Positions 62,950-64,000 of a stretch of 64,000 bases of DNA are shown here, piece after piece. The position numbers and the translations under genes are program-made. Source of the DNA: Chiloscyllium plagiosum (Eukaryota). Where the stretch lies: the NCBI RefSeq assembly GCF_004010195.1, contig NC_057720.1, positions 75,203,782-75,267,781 of the forward strand, read 5' to 3'. Below the pieces are notes generated by a model. The model saw nothing but the letters and a program-made list of their open reading frames with translations, was not told the DNA's origin and did no database searches. The stretch's first letter is position 1; the number at the start of each line of letters is the position of its first letter.

Positions 62950-63763
62950 AAAAGTTCTGCAATTTTTGTGAATGCAATACAGTTTTTGAGGAAAGAAAGA
63001 TTATGGCTGACAAAGTTGGTTCCTGTAAGGACAGCTGCAAGATTGCAAATAAGTTAGTAAACTAACTCCAAGATTGACTTGAGGAATTCAAATTAGGAGA
63101 CAGGTCTTTTACATATGCATGTTACTTGTGATCACTGTTTTTAAAGCATTTAGCAGTAGATTCAGTTGGTGAACTTACTTCTTTAAATCTGTATGTTCAC
63201 TGCCTGCTGAATTAGTGACTTGGGATTCCATTTCAATTGCAAAATTCAAGGCTACTTGGTTTCCAGTTCACAGTAGTTGTAGTTTTTAAACTTGTTAAAA
63301 TCTCTGATAAGTGGCTTGTTAGCCTCACCATTTAACAACTTTACAGCAATCCATTGAAGCAAATAAGCAAAACACCGTGACAAGTAAAGAGTGCCCAACT
63401 GCTTTTCTTCTTACCACTACTCTGTACCTCTTCTACCAAACTAGCAGCAACTCAAAGATTGATCCCTCACTTGGGTACCTCATTAATTCTCAGCTACAAT
63501 TCCTCAGCCTCTTATTAATAGCACAGAGTACTTCTGACAATCCATCAAAAAAATTCAATGTGTATTCTCTCTCCTAAAATCACCTTATTGCAATCATCAC
63601 AAAGCCTGTCTGCTTTTCTGGTTTCATACTTATACTACAAGCAACATCACTGAAACTGATGATCTGATCAATGCATTTGTGGGATCTTGCAGTGTGCAAA
63701 ATAGGAACCACATTTCTTACATAATAATGACCACACTTCAAAAAATATGCTTGGTTGGGCGCA

Positions 63764-64000
63764 AAGTTATAGAGATGTACAGCATGGAAACAGACCCTTC
63801 AGTCCAACCCGTCCATGCCGACCAGATATCCCAACCCAATCTAGTCCCACCTGTCGGCACCCGACCCATATCCCTCCAAACCCTGCCTATTCATATACTC
63901 ATCCAAATGCCTCTTAAATGTTGCAATTGTACTAGCCTCCATCACTTCCTCTGGCAGCTCATTCGATACACGTGCTAAGATCTGCGTGAAAAAGTTGCCC
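63764..64000 (-). mobile_element. CR1 3' end, running off the window
   Basis: atagagatgtacagcatggaaacagacccttc... 3' UTR of the same young subfamily. Confidence 0.9.

Overview
Vertebrate genomic DNA, almost certainly from a cartilaginous fish: it carries HE1-type SINEs, Deu-domain SINEs and HER1/CR1 LINEs. The window lies inside the NOS1AP/CAPON gene on the minus strand. Two coding exons of the PTB domain (57877-57935 and 1268-1376) flank one 56.5-kb phase-2 intron. The rest is intronic: decayed CR1, L2 and Rex1-type LINEs, about 12 HE1 SINEs, Deu-SINEs, a 42-bp minisatellite with an assembly gap, and a Harbinger-like relic. The most notable signal is a set of at least 13 short Penelope-like (PLE) terminal-repeat insertions from at least 3 families. 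Many are fold-back palindromes with 10-16 bp target-site duplications, and several carry minimal type-I hammerhead ribozyme cores (CUGANGA...GAAA...UH). Two intact cores and one partly decayed core lie in the sense of the NOS1AP pre-mRNA, and element 5' ends cluster near the predicted cleavage site. Family names are from recall, not database searches, and repeat boundaries are approximate. Almost all ORFs in the track are repeat-derived or spurious.
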